Part shown: piece after piece, positions 44,186 to 53,617 of the stretch | Position numbering within the stretch: the stretch's first letter is position 1 | How the letters are laid out: each line of letters starts with the position of its first letter | DNA from: a virus | Lineage: Duplodnaviria; Caudoviricetes | IMG/VR virus record: IMGVR_UViG_3300033183_000158 | Location: 1-63,577 of that record | Length of the DNA: 63,577 nt | Reading direction: 5' to 3' (one strand) | Program-made: the position numbers and the translations under genes | The notes under the pieces: generated by a model | Database searches by the model: none | Seen by the model: the letters and a program-made list of their open reading frames with translations, nothing else | Told to the model about the DNA's origin: nothing

Positions 44186-44859
44186 TGACCGTACAAGAAA
44201 TGCACTACGCCGTAGACCAGGGACTCCAGAAAGTGGGGTCCTATGTCTATGACACCTTTTTAGAAGAAGAGATTGACTTCTTCCTAAACAAAATGCAAGA
44301 GCGTTTTATTAAGGACAGAGTCTTTCGAACTTCTGACCCTAAAAGGCTGGGCTTTTCTTTAAATCAAAAACGTCTCGATGATATAAGGGTCATCTTAGAG
44401 ATAGACTTTATAGATACAAATACTGGCGATGCTAATGCAGAATATCAGCGCTATGATCTTCCAGTCGACTATTTGTATCTTATTAATCTTAGAGCTCGCC
44501 TGACTCCCTCGCATTGCGATAGTACGGTCTTAAACAAGGTGCCCGCACGCGTTGTGGAGCAGGACAAGCTTTATGAAATGCTTAGAAATCCGTTTGCAAA
44601 GTCACTTCCTACTACACCTGTAGCAGCTTTAAACTCTGAAGAGATCACTATCTATCAGACTAAAAAGTTTATATTAAAAGGTGTAGAGCTTGACTACATT
44701 CGGAAGCCCGAAGAAATTAGCTTATCTTCGAATCAAGATTGCGAATTAGCAGAGCATACCCACCATGAAATAGTGGATATGACAGTCAAGCACATTTTAG
44801 AAGTTATAGAATCTCCGCGTTATCAAACTAACGCAGCCGAGGAATCGCAGTCAGACTAA
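44185..44859 (+). CDS. Ring/adaptor protein (gene 74-like)
   Basis: EEIDFFLN, QKRLDDIR, YIRKP, CELAEHTHHEIVDMTV. Confidence 0.75.
   Translation: MTVQEMHYAVDQGLQKVGSYVYDTFLEEEIDFFLNKMQERFIKDRVFRTSDPKRLGFSLNQKRLDDIRVILEIDFIDTNTGDANAEYQRYDLPVDYLYLINLRARLTPSHCDSTVLNKVPARVVEQDKLYEMLRNPFAKSLPTTPVAALNSEEITIYQTKKFILKGVELDYIRKPEEISLSSNQDCELAEHTHHEIVDMTVKHILEVIESPRYQTNAAEESQSD
44661..44681 (+). promoter_or_regulatory. Late promoter candidate, copy 2 (intragenic)
   Basis: Exact 21-mer shared with 40685-40705. Confidence 0.55.
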
Positions 44860-44894
44860 TTAGATTTTACTAATTCTTATAAATAACTTTTAAA

Positions 44895-45689
44895 ATGGCA
44901 ACACAAGTTTTTGTTATCAACGCCGATGCTGACCTTAAGGTAGCAGTTGACGGCGGAGCGCCAGCAGCATACAGTGCTACAAGTATCACTGAGTCTGTAA
45001 ACGGCACTATTTCATTCTTCGCCAATGGGCGTTCTTCTGTAGATCTAGATCCTACAGAAATCGTACGCGTAACCAAAATGGATTACGCAGCAGGTACTGC
45101 ACAAGTAGCTACTATTGATTTATCAGGTGTAGCATCTGGTACTACTGAGTACGTTAAAATCATTAATACTACTCTAGGTACTATGAATCTTCCAGTTATG
45201 TCTTTCGAAGGCGACAATGCGGCGGCTATCGAAGCATTGATGGACACTGAATTTGCAAAAGCAGATAGCGAATTCGAAGGATTCTCTGCTTCTGTATCTG
45301 GTGAGGTTATTACTGTAACTGCTCCAATCAACAGCTCTTTCCGTTTGGCAGGTGCTGATGGTTCTAGCATTTCTTACACTACAAACATGTCTCCTTCTGT
45401 AGGTGAGGCTGATGATGTGACTGCATTGTACGACCAGTACGCTGGATACGATGGTATCACTAACCGTGTAGGTTACCCAGTAGTACGTCCTACTAGCCCA
45501 GTAGTAGCAGCTAACAACTACGACATCGTAGTATGTGAGGCAGTTACTAAGGCAGCGTCTAAAGACGGAATGTCTGCTCAAAAAGGCGAGTACATCAAAC
45601 TCATCTTTGCTATCAAGGATGATGCAACACTACTATCAAACGGTGGTACTGCAGACTTGTACGATGCTTTGGTAGCATACCAAGACTAA
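44895..45689 (+). CDS. Auxiliary capsid/decoration protein candidate
   Basis: Ala/Thr/Ser-rich, capsid-like codon bias, own terminator. Confidence 0.6.
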   Translation: MATQVFVINADADLKVAVDGGAPAAYSATSITESVNGTISFFANGRSSVDLDPTEIVRVTKMDYAAGTAQVATIDLSGVASGTTEYVKIINTTLGTMNLPVMSFEGDNAAAIEALMDTEFAKADSEFEGFSASVSGEVITVTAPINSSFRLAGADGSSISYTTNMSPSVGEADDVTALYDQYAGYDGITNRVGYPVVRPTSPVVAANNYDIVVCEAVTKAASKDGMSAQKGEYIKLIFAIKDDATLLSNGGTADLYDALVAYQD

Positions 45690-45702
45690 TATTTAGGATA
45701 GT

Positions 45703-45736
45703 GAGGAGAGTGCATTTGTGCTCTCCTCTTATTCTT
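45703..45736 (+). terminator. Intrinsic terminator
   Basis: GAGGAGAGTGCA-TT-TGTGCTCTCCTC-TTATTCTT. Confidence 0.75.
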
Positions 45737-45752
45737 AACTTAAAATCTAACC

Positions 45753-46331
45753 ATGGCTGCATTTTTTACATTTGACATTGTACCTTCTACAACTATCCGC
45801 TTTACTGCGCCGTATCCTGATCCCTCAATCTCTACGGCGTCTTTAGCTATTACAACCCCGGATTCTGTAGTAATTACAATTAGTGATCTTGTAACAGTTG
45901 CAGGCTTTGATGTCGATAGCCCTGGTACTTTAGTAGATGTTACAGTTACAGAGCTTAATGCTGCAGATTCATCAGACGTTTCTATTGTAAAAGGCTCTGA
46001 CACCCTTACAACTTTACCTTGGACTAAGTTTCCTCCAGGACGTTATCAAGTTACATATACAGCGGGCAGCGACTCTTTAAGTAAAGAGTTTTTGTTGTTT
46101 ACAACAATTGAAGACTGCTTATATACAAAAATTGATGGCTACATGTACAAGACATGTTGCGATTCTTGTAACGGTACTGAGGTTAAGCGATTGGTTGAAA
46201 AACTAATTGCTGTAAAAGAGGGTGCTCGATTAGATTTTAAATATGCTGCTTGGGCAGATCTAACTGCAAAGTTGACTGCGCTTGAGCATTTGTGTGAAGA
46301 CGATTTCTGTACTTGTGACTGTGGATGCTAA
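45753..46331 (+). CDS. Structural protein with Cys-rich C-terminus
   Basis: CCDSC and terminal CTCDCGC; lies in the virion module. Confidence 0.6.
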   Translation: MAAFFTFDIVPSTTIRFTAPYPDPSISTASLAITTPDSVVITISDLVTVAGFDVDSPGTLVDVTVTELNAADSSDVSIVKGSDTLTTLPWTKFPPGRYQVTYTAGSDSLSKEFLLFTTIEDCLYTKIDGYMYKTCCDSCNGTEVKRLVEKLIAVKEGARLDFKYAAWADLTAKLTALEHLCEDDFCTCDCGC

Positions 46332-46567
46332 TGGCTACTAAGGAATACAACTATAAAAATTATTTAAACGGCTCTGTTCTAAGCTCTGATGAAAAGGCTG
46401 CTGTAGAAAAGGAAGGGATGGTTCTTGCAAAGAACTTAACCAAGCGTTTAAATTACGATCTTTGCACTCGTACTGTAGAGAACAAATTAGCGTACATGAT
46501 TGCACGCGCAGAATACTGGAGAATCAAAGACAAAGAGGTTGACCGTAATTCGGTGGCATCCAAATAG
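46325..46567 (+). CDS. Hypothetical protein
   Basis: Coupled to the upstream stop codon. Confidence 0.55.
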   Translation: MLMATKEYNYKNYLNGSVLSSDEKAAVEKEGMVLAKNLTKRLNYDLCTRTVENKLAYMIARAEYWRIKDKEVDRNSVASK

Positions 46568-46609
46568 TTACTGATTTTTCTTATATTGGGGTAGTTAAAA
46601 TACCTAAGC

Positions 46610-48034
46610 ATGGACATAAAATCAGTAATTAAGCAGTATTGTTCGGCGAACCCAGATTCGTCAGTTAGAAGTTTAGCGAGTAAAATTTTAGAAGAGACGG
46701 ATATTGCCGTCTCATTTAATACAGTAAGAAGACATATAGATAAGTTTAGAGCTGGAGAATCTATAGAAGAAAAACCTCAGCCTACAGCAGCAGATCTAGA
46801 ATACGACAAGAGTTATGTGTATCAGGCAGACAAAGATTTATACATCTTTTTTATTCCTGGTTACAACAAACCACTGTCATTTGCAGGAGACAAAGTAAGA
46901 GAGTTAAAAAGAAGATATAGTAATTGGGACGGTAGCCCTAATTCTATTAACCAGATATGTAGAGCATTTAAGCTATCACGTTCTTTATTTGATAAAATAC
47001 GACGCATCTTATCGTGGACTCACGATAGCGAGCCTTTTACTGACGAAGAGTTGGTAGAACGCAGCGAAGAAGATTTGTTAACTGAGCTTGTACAGGGCAA
47101 GAAGTTTGCACTAGAGCAGCAGTTTGAAAAACAAAAGCTTCAGAGTTTAGAAAAGGATGCACGTAAATGGCGTGAACTAAAACTAGGAGTACTTAATCCT
47201 TTTACAGATTATTTTGAGCGACACCACGAAGCTCTTAAAGCTGCACCAGGAGTTAACCTATCACAGAAAGACGGAGAGTATGCATGTGTTATCTCACCTT
47301 TTGATCTACACTTTGGAAAGTATGGATGGGAGAAAGAGGTTGGAGAGACATACAACAGAGAGATTGCTGAGAAGCTTTTACTTGAGCATACAGAGGATTT
47401 ATTGAGTGAGGTTAATCATTACCCTATCGAGAAGTTTATTGTGCCTGTAGGCAGCGATTACTTCCATTTTGACACAGTCCGAGGAACCACTACTAATGGA
47501 ACCCCGCAAGATTGTGACGGTACGCTCGTTCAAATTATGTTTGAAGGCAGCTACCTGATGATTAAGTTCATTGACATGTTGAGACAGGTTGCTCCCGTAG
47601 AAGTTCCTATGGCAGCAGGTAACCACGACAGAGTGCTCAGTAACTCTTTATTGTTATTCCTACAAGGATATTATAGAGAAGCTGACGATGTAGAGGTAAC
47701 GTCTAATTTAAAGCTGCGCCAGTACGTACAGTATGGAGATACTGTAATGGGATTTACGCACGGAGACGGACCAAAGATGAGTGCGCTACCAGGTCTTATG
47801 GTAAATGAGTCAGGACTAACGTTCGGACCTAATACTAATAAGGTTTGGTTTACAGGACACTTGCACTTTGAAAAGGTAGTAGAGATGCAAAAGACAAAGA
47901 TCTATCAAATGCCTTCATTAAGTGGTACTGATAGATGGCATCACCTAAAAGGTTACAAGTCTGTACGAGGCATGTGTGCGTACTTAGTTACAAAAGATAA
48001 AGGTGTAAGACATAATATATTTTCAAACGTATGA
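46610..48034 (+). CDS. Calcineurin-like metallophosphoesterase with N-terminal HTH-like region
   Basis: DLHFGK, GSDYFHFD, GNHD, FTHGD, TGHLH motifs. Confidence 0.85.
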   Translation: MDIKSVIKQYCSANPDSSVRSLASKILEETDIAVSFNTVRRHIDKFRAGESIEEKPQPTAADLEYDKSYVYQADKDLYIFFIPGYNKPLSFAGDKVRELKRRYSNWDGSPNSINQICRAFKLSRSLFDKIRRILSWTHDSEPFTDEELVERSEEDLLTELVQGKKFALEQQFEKQKLQSLEKDARKWRELKLGVLNPFTDYFERHHEALKAAPGVNLSQKDGEYACVISPFDLHFGKYGWEKEVGETYNREIAEKLLLEHTEDLLSEVNHYPIEKFIVPVGSDYFHFDTVRGTTTNGTPQDCDGTLVQIMFEGSYLMIKFIDMLRQVAPVEVPMAAGNHDRVLSNSLLLFLQGYYREADDVEVTSNLKLRQYVQYGDTVMGFTHGDGPKMSALPGLMVNESGLTFGPNTNKVWFTGHLHFEKVVEMQKTKIYQMPSLSGTDRWHHLKGYKSVRGMCAYLVTKDKGVRHNIFSNV

Positions 48035-48381
48035 GCGCAGGGCGATACAACTTTGAGATAGAGGAAGGGGCAACCTTTACCCGTACAATTACATATACGG
48101 ACAATGAAGACACTGCTATTGATTTAGACGGGTCTACAGTGCGTATGCAGATTAGAGATAATTATGCAGCAACAGATGCGGTTATTTCTTTAAGCACACC
48201 TAATACCGGTATAACTTTGTCTAACGAAACAGGCAAGTTTACTATTACTATGACTGCTACCCAAACAGAAAGTTTGGGAATTAAGCAGGGTGTATACGAC
48301 ATAGAAGTCGAATACGATAATGGCACAGTAGAAAGAATCTTAGAAGGACGTGTAAAAATCTCTAGACAGGTAACACAATAA
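48031..48381 (+). CDS. Tail-fibre-associated Ig-like protein (LtfC-like)
   Basis: IEEGATF, RMQIR, GVYDIEV, ERILEG. Confidence 0.65.
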   Translation: MSAGRYNFEIEEGATFTRTITYTDNEDTAIDLDGSTVRMQIRDNYAATDAVISLSTPNTGITLSNETGKFTITMTATQTESLGIKQGVYDIEVEYDNGTVERILEGRVKISRQVTQ

Positions 48382-48710
48382 TGGCAAGAAACAGCGTCAA
48401 AATAACCAAGACGGATGCTAACAAGGTTAACATCCAAGAGGTAAATAAAACTGTACAGCTTACTGAAGAAACGGTAAAAGTTGTACATGTGGGTACTTTG
48501 ATTGAAGCGGGTGCTGATGCGTCGTTTACGTTTGCACAAGAGCAGAACTCAGAGCAATGGGAAGTAGAACATAACCTAGGGAAGTTTCCTTCGGTAACTA
48601 TAGTAGATTCAGGAGAAAACATAGTATATGCAGAAGTGCAATACACTGATGAAAACAATTTAACAATTAGCTTTAACGGCGCGACATCTGGAAAAGCTTA
48701 TTTAAACTAA
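48381..48710 (+). CDS. Tail-associated protein
   Basis: WEVEHNLGKFPSVTIVD and SGKAYLN gp53-like C-terminal pattern. Confidence 0.65.
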   Translation: MARNSVKITKTDANKVNIQEVNKTVQLTEETVKVVHVGTLIEAGADASFTFAQEQNSEQWEVEHNLGKFPSVTIVDSGENIVYAEVQYTDENNLTISFNGATSGKAYLN

Positions 48711-48716
48711 TAAAAA

Positions 48717-50060
48717 ATGGCTATAGATTTTAAAAGTAACATTAATCTTGGGAAAAATCAGCTACAGAATGCGCTGTTACACCCAACGAGTACTGCTCCT
48801 TCATCTCCTGCCGAGGGTCAAGTTTATTTTGACACTACTGCTGGTGATAAGAAACTGTACGTATATGACGGTTCTAACTGGATTGACGTAACGGGTGATA
48901 TCCGTACCATCTCTGCAGGAACTGGTATTTCGGTATCAAATGGATCTGGCGGTGATGCTACGGTATCTCTTTCACACTTAGGTCTTGAATCTCTTGCTGC
49001 ACGTAGTAGCGAAGTTGCAGATGCAATCTTCTTCTACGATGTAAGCAGCGCTGCTTCTGGATATCTTACTTGCGATACCACAACAGGTGTTTCAATTAGT
49101 GGAACATCTTTACAGCTTTCTTCTATTCCTAACTCAGCACTTGCTAATTCTACATTCCAAGTAGTAGGCGGAGACGGTCTTACTGGTGGTGCATCTGCAA
49201 CATCTTTAGGTAGTTCTTCAACTCTTGCTGTAGGAGCAGGTACTGGTATTAGCGTTGGTACTGATGCAGTTGCTGTTAAAGGTGCCTCGTCTTTGACTGA
49301 TGATACTATTGTAATGTGGGATGATACAAACGGTCAGTTTGTTGATACTAACATTTCTCAAAACGCAAGTACTGGTGTAGTTACTGTAGATGACGATTTG
49401 GTCGTTACTGGTGACTTGACAGTACAAGGGTCTTTAACAAGCATTGAAACTACTAACACTGCTATTACGGATAACGTAATTGTATTGAACAGTGGTGAGA
49501 CTGGTGCTGGTATTACTTCGGTAACTTCTGGTATTGAGATTGAGCGTGGTACTTTAGGAAACAAAACTTTCGTTTACCACGAGACTAATTCTCAATGGGA
49601 ACTTAGCGGTCAGTTGAAGATTAGCGATATTCCTTCTATCAGCTCTGGTGTAGGCTCGTTTATCATCCAATCAGATGATACTAACGAAACTGGAGAGATT
49701 AAGAAGATGCCTCTTGCAGACGTACGTGATGCACTTGGTGTATCTAGTATGACTTTGACGCTAGAAGCTTCTTCTGGTACACAAGCATCTGGAGCTGTAT
49801 GGGTAACTAAATCTGGAAACACATATACTGTAGAGCATCAGATGGGTACTAAGTTTATTATTGCTCAAGTATATGATTCTACAGATTTCTCTACCGCATT
49901 TGTAGAGATCAAGCGTAATAGTGATAATCAAGTACAAGTTGTATTTGCTCAATCAGTAACTGATGGAGATTACTACTTGTCACTACAAGCAACAAGATTC
50001 CAAACCCACGGTGATGATGGAAACATCCAAGGCGGTGGAGGAGGACAGATTGGAGGATAA
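48717..50060 (+). CDS. Tail fibre/hub protein
   Basis: Gly/Ser/Thr-rich; GDLTVQG, SGIEIERG. Confidence 0.7.
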   Translation: MAIDFKSNINLGKNQLQNALLHPTSTAPSSPAEGQVYFDTTAGDKKLYVYDGSNWIDVTGDIRTISAGTGISVSNGSGGDATVSLSHLGLESLAARSSEVADAIFFYDVSSAASGYLTCDTTTGVSISGTSLQLSSIPNSALANSTFQVVGGDGLTGGASATSLGSSSTLAVGAGTGISVGTDAVAVKGASSLTDDTIVMWDDTNGQFVDTNISQNASTGVVTVDDDLVVTGDLTVQGSLTSIETTNTAITDNVIVLNSGETGAGITSVTSGIEIERGTLGNKTFVYHETNSQWELSGQLKISDIPSISSGVGSFIIQSDDTNETGEIKKMPLADVRDALGVSSMTLTLEASSGTQASGAVWVTKSGNTYTVEHQMGTKFIIAQVYDSTDFSTAFVEIKRNSDNQVQVVFAQSVTDGDYYLSLQATRFQTHGDDGNIQGGGGGQIGG

Positions 50061-50080
50061 TCTGATCTGACTACAATATA

Positions 50081-50107
50081 AAGGGGGGCAAACGCCCTCC
50101 TTTTTTT
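50081..50107 (+). terminator. Terminator whose tail abuts a TATTTTTG promoter-like element (50109-50116)
   Basis: AAGGGGGGC-AAAC-GCCCTCC-T7. Confidence 0.75.
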
Positions 50108-50140
50108 GTATTTTTGTTAATAGTCTAGACAATATTTCAT

Positions 50141-53100
50141 ATGGCAATTAAGTTTCTTAGTGGTGTAAATCTGTCCAATGTAACAGCAGGTTCGATATTA
50201 AAACTCGATGCAAACGGCAATATCGTTGCAGCAACTGCTGGAACTGATTATTTAGCATCTGACTATTGGTCTGAGCCGAATTCTGGTACTGTATACACTA
50301 ATGACAAAGTAGGCATTGGTTACAGCGATGCAGGAGCAAAGCTTCATGTGTATGAATACCAAACGACTACCCCTAAGATCCTTATTGAAGACGGCAATAC
50401 TGGTGATGCCAGTATGCAGTTTAAAATTAGTACCACTCAATACACAATGGGTATTGACAACTCAGACTCTGATAAGTTCATTATTGCTAATTCTTCTGGG
50501 TTTGGTTTAGCTGCAAACACACACGCTCTTGAGATAAGCGGAACTAAGGTAACTATACCAGCACATACTTCTAATGGAACAGTTAGACTTGAAATGGGCG
50601 GATACAACCGTTTGCGTTTTAATGGAGGTGTTGATTTACTCGGTTACGGTTCTGACCATTTGTGGGTTATTGGTAACTCAACAACAAACACTATTAACCT
50701 TGGTGGAGATTGGGATTGGGATAAGCAAGTAGCTATTTCATATACACCCGGAACTGTAGGTAATGCTGGTGGTGTTATGATTCTTGGGCAAACCGAGAAA
50801 AACAACGCTAACTGGACACATGGGATTACTAAGTTGTACACTAATGGTACAGAGAGACTTCGTATAAACTCAAGTGGTAATGTAGGTATTGGGACTACTA
50901 GTCCCAATACATTCCTACACGTAGCTGGTCAAGGAAACAGGTCTGGTGGAAATATTCACCTTGGAAATGAAGATGATGGAGCTGGTAAGTATGGATATAT
51001 TACTAGTGCACACTACAATGCTGCCACAGAGCCAGAAGGATATTCTCTGATAGGTGGATACTCTGATGCTTCAAGTAATCAGGTTCACATTGGTGGTATG
51101 ATTTACGAATCAAACCCTGCTACTCAGATTTCGTTCTGGACACACACAGCCACCACTCATTCAACTGGTGGTAGTGAGCGTATGAGAATTACTTCTAGTG
51201 GTAACGTAGGTATTGGTACTACAAGTCCAAATTACAAGCTTGATGTAAACGGTACTCTTAGAACAACAACATTATATTCACCTATAGTTAGAGTTGCTGG
51301 AACGAATGACCACTTAACCCTCCGTTCTGACATACAAGTAGAACAAGACTCTACAGACCCAATTATTGAGTTTAAGTATGGAACTACTCAAATGGGTAAG
51401 TTTGACCAAGATGGTTACATGTATGCCACTGGTTTCAAAACAACTACCGCTTCTACTGGGTTCTTAAAAGCTGATGGTTCTGTAGATACAACTTCATACC
51501 AAGCTGCTGGAAGCTACCTAACGTCAATAAGTTCTTCTGATGTAACGACAGCATTGGGATACCGCCCAATGTCTGGCGCTTACGGGTCATGGTCAAGCAT
51601 TACGAACGGTAATAGCGGAGACTGGTATCCATTGTTTAGCATGGATGATGGTGGTGACGGTAGTGCGTTAGTAATATTCAAAACATTTGCTCATGACTCT
51701 GTAACATTTGCTGTTTCAAGAGGATATAGCGGAAGCAACAATAACTCAATCAACGTACTTAACTCTGTAAACACTCCTAATAGTGGATACGCTACAGTAC
51801 AAGCGTTGCGTGTAAGAAATAACGGTGTTGTTGAAGCTCAACTTGTTTGGTCTTCTGGGCCATCTGTACAAGCTTCTATTCACGTAATGACTGGTGACGA
51901 CAACGAAGTTTCTATTGAGTCAGACTTAGAAGCTACACAGCAAACAGCCACGGTTAACCACACCGTAAACGTAAACGTAAGAGGGCTGTTGCATGGTTAT
52001 GAAATCAGCAGTACTGGTAACATATTAACGGGCAACAAGCTTTATATAACCACAGCTGACGCTAACACCACTTCAACATCAGCCCTTGTTCTTAACGGAA
52101 CAGAGGTTGAAAAGCGCACTTTAGGTTCAGCAGCATTCTCTACTTCAACAGACTTTGTTTCTGCTTCTGGAGATACAATAAGCGGTAATTTAGATATTGT
52201 TCACGCTTCTAATGCAACTGGTCTTACCGTAAGAGTTAGTGGCGGTGCAGTGCCTACAACACCACAGTTAAAAGTTGGTAGAGATACATCTCAATATTGG
52301 GGTGTTTATACGAATGACGGTGTTGCTAATTTAATTCATAGGCAAGACGAAACTGGAGCGGGAGATAATCATCACACTAAATTTCAGATTTGGTCAAGCG
52401 GTGGGGGGACTCACTCTTGGCAATGGCACGTTGCTGACAATGCTGGTAGCAATGGCGCAGAAAAAATGAAGCTTACAGATGATGGTACGCTTACACTTGG
52501 AGGAGGTTCTAACGGTATTACAAATACTAAAGTAGGTCAATGGAACACCGCTTACGCAGACCGTAACAAGTGGGACGGAGGTTCAACTGGTCTAAATGCT
52601 GCTACTGGTAGAAGTTCATTAGGTCTTGGTTCTGCTGCAACACAGTCTGCTGATAATTTTGTTGCTGTGAGTGGCGATGAAATGACTGGAAATTTAGTTT
52701 TCAGAAACAACGTCACCACTGATAACACGCTAATACGCGACATTACTTGGAACACTTCTGCTGCGGAAGGCACAGACGATAGAATTGGTGTAATTAGAAC
52801 GTACACTTCTGGAGGAACTGCCGATAGACGTGGAGGTCAGATGAACTTCTACACCCGTAATCACAGTGCCTCAAGTTTTAACACAATGATATACGACAAC
52901 GGAGGTAACCTATATGTACCTTCTAACGTATATTCAAATAGCAGTCAACTTGCAACGCAGTCATATGTAGACACTGCTGTATCTAATATTGTAGACTCTG
53001 CTCCGGCAGCATTGGATACCCTTAACGAACTTGCAGCTGCCCTTGGCGATGATGCGAGTTTCAGCACGACTATGTCTACTGCCTTGGGTAACAGACTCCG

Positions 53101-53608
53101 TGTTGATGTCAATAACCAAAGTCTTACCTCAACTGAAAAGGCAAACGGTAGAACTAACCTTGGTCTTGGATCCGCCGCTACCGCAGCTTCTACCGCATTT
53201 GTTGCCACAAGTGGGGATACAATGACCGGTAGACTTACGGTAGACGCTGCAATTACTGCGGGAGGTAAGACAACGTATAAGAAGGTTTATGGCTCTCTTG
53301 ACACTACTGGTCAAGAAGTGGCTGGTTTAACAACTGGGAACAATGGAGGCTCTGCTTTGTTTACATTCACTTGTTATGGGGGCGGCGGAGAATATCAAAG
53401 AATAGTATTTAGTTGCCACAACACAAGTGGAACAACTTGGAACGTCAACAGAGTTATTGACGAGGGAACTAATGCTTTTGATATTGCTGTAAGCGATTCT
53501 GGAAGTACAAGAACATTTACCTTTAAGGCAAGAAGCTCTAATCAAGCATACAGCCCTACTGTAGTGGTAGAGCATGTAGGATACTCACTAAACGGAACAT
53601 ACTTATAA
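50141..53608 (+). CDS. Tail fibre protein 1
   Basis: GNVGIGTTSP repeats, LGSAA-FV-SGD repeats, APAALDTLNELAAALGDDA. Confidence 0.85.
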   Translation: MAIKFLSGVNLSNVTAGSILKLDANGNIVAATAGTDYLASDYWSEPNSGTVYTNDKVGIGYSDAGAKLHVYEYQTTTPKILIEDGNTGDASMQFKISTTQYTMGIDNSDSDKFIIANSSGFGLAANTHALEISGTKVTIPAHTSNGTVRLEMGGYNRLRFNGGVDLLGYGSDHLWVIGNSTTNTINLGGDWDWDKQVAISYTPGTVGNAGGVMILGQTEKNNANWTHGITKLYTNGTERLRINSSGNVGIGTTSPNTFLHVAGQGNRSGGNIHLGNEDDGAGKYGYITSAHYNAATEPEGYSLIGGYSDASSNQVHIGGMIYESNPATQISFWTHTATTHSTGGSERMRITSSGNVGIGTTSPNYKLDVNGTLRTTTLYSPIVRVAGTNDHLTLRSDIQVEQDSTDPIIEFKYGTTQMGKFDQDGYMYATGFKTTTASTGFLKADGSVDTTSYQAAGSYLTSISSSDVTTALGYRPMSGAYGSWSSITNGNSGDWYPLFSMDDGGDGSALVIFKTFAHDSVTFAVSRGYSGSNNNSINVLNSVNTPNSGYATVQALRVRNNGVVEAQLVWSSGPSVQASIHVMTGDDNEVSIESDLEATQQTATVNHTVNVNVRGLLHGYEISSTGNILTGNKLYITTADANTTSTSALVLNGTEVEKRTLGSAAFSTSTDFVSASGDTISGNLDIVHASNATGLTVRVSGGAVPTTPQLKVGRDTSQYWGVYTNDGVANLIHRQDETGAGDNHHTKFQIWSSGGGTHSWQWHVADNAGSNGAEKMKLTDDGTLTLGGGSNGITNTKVGQWNTAYADRNKWDGGSTGLNAATGRSSLGLGSAATQSADNFVAVSGDEMTGNLVFRNNVTTDNTLIRDITWNTSAAEGTDDRIGVIRTYTSGGTADRRGGQMNFYTRNHSASSFNTMIYDNGGNLYVPSNVYSNSSQLATQSYVDTAVSNIVDSAPAALDTLNELAAALGDDASFSTTMSTALGNRLRVDVNNQSLTSTEKANGRTNLGLGSAATAASTAFVATSGDTMTGRLTVDAAITAGGKTTYKKVYGSLDTTGQEVAGLTTGNNGGSALFTFTCYGGGGEYQRIVFSCHNTSGTTWNVNRVIDEGTNAFDIAVSDSGSTRTFTFKARSSNQAYSPTVVVEHVGYSLNGTYL

Positions 53609-53617
53609 TCATAAAGA

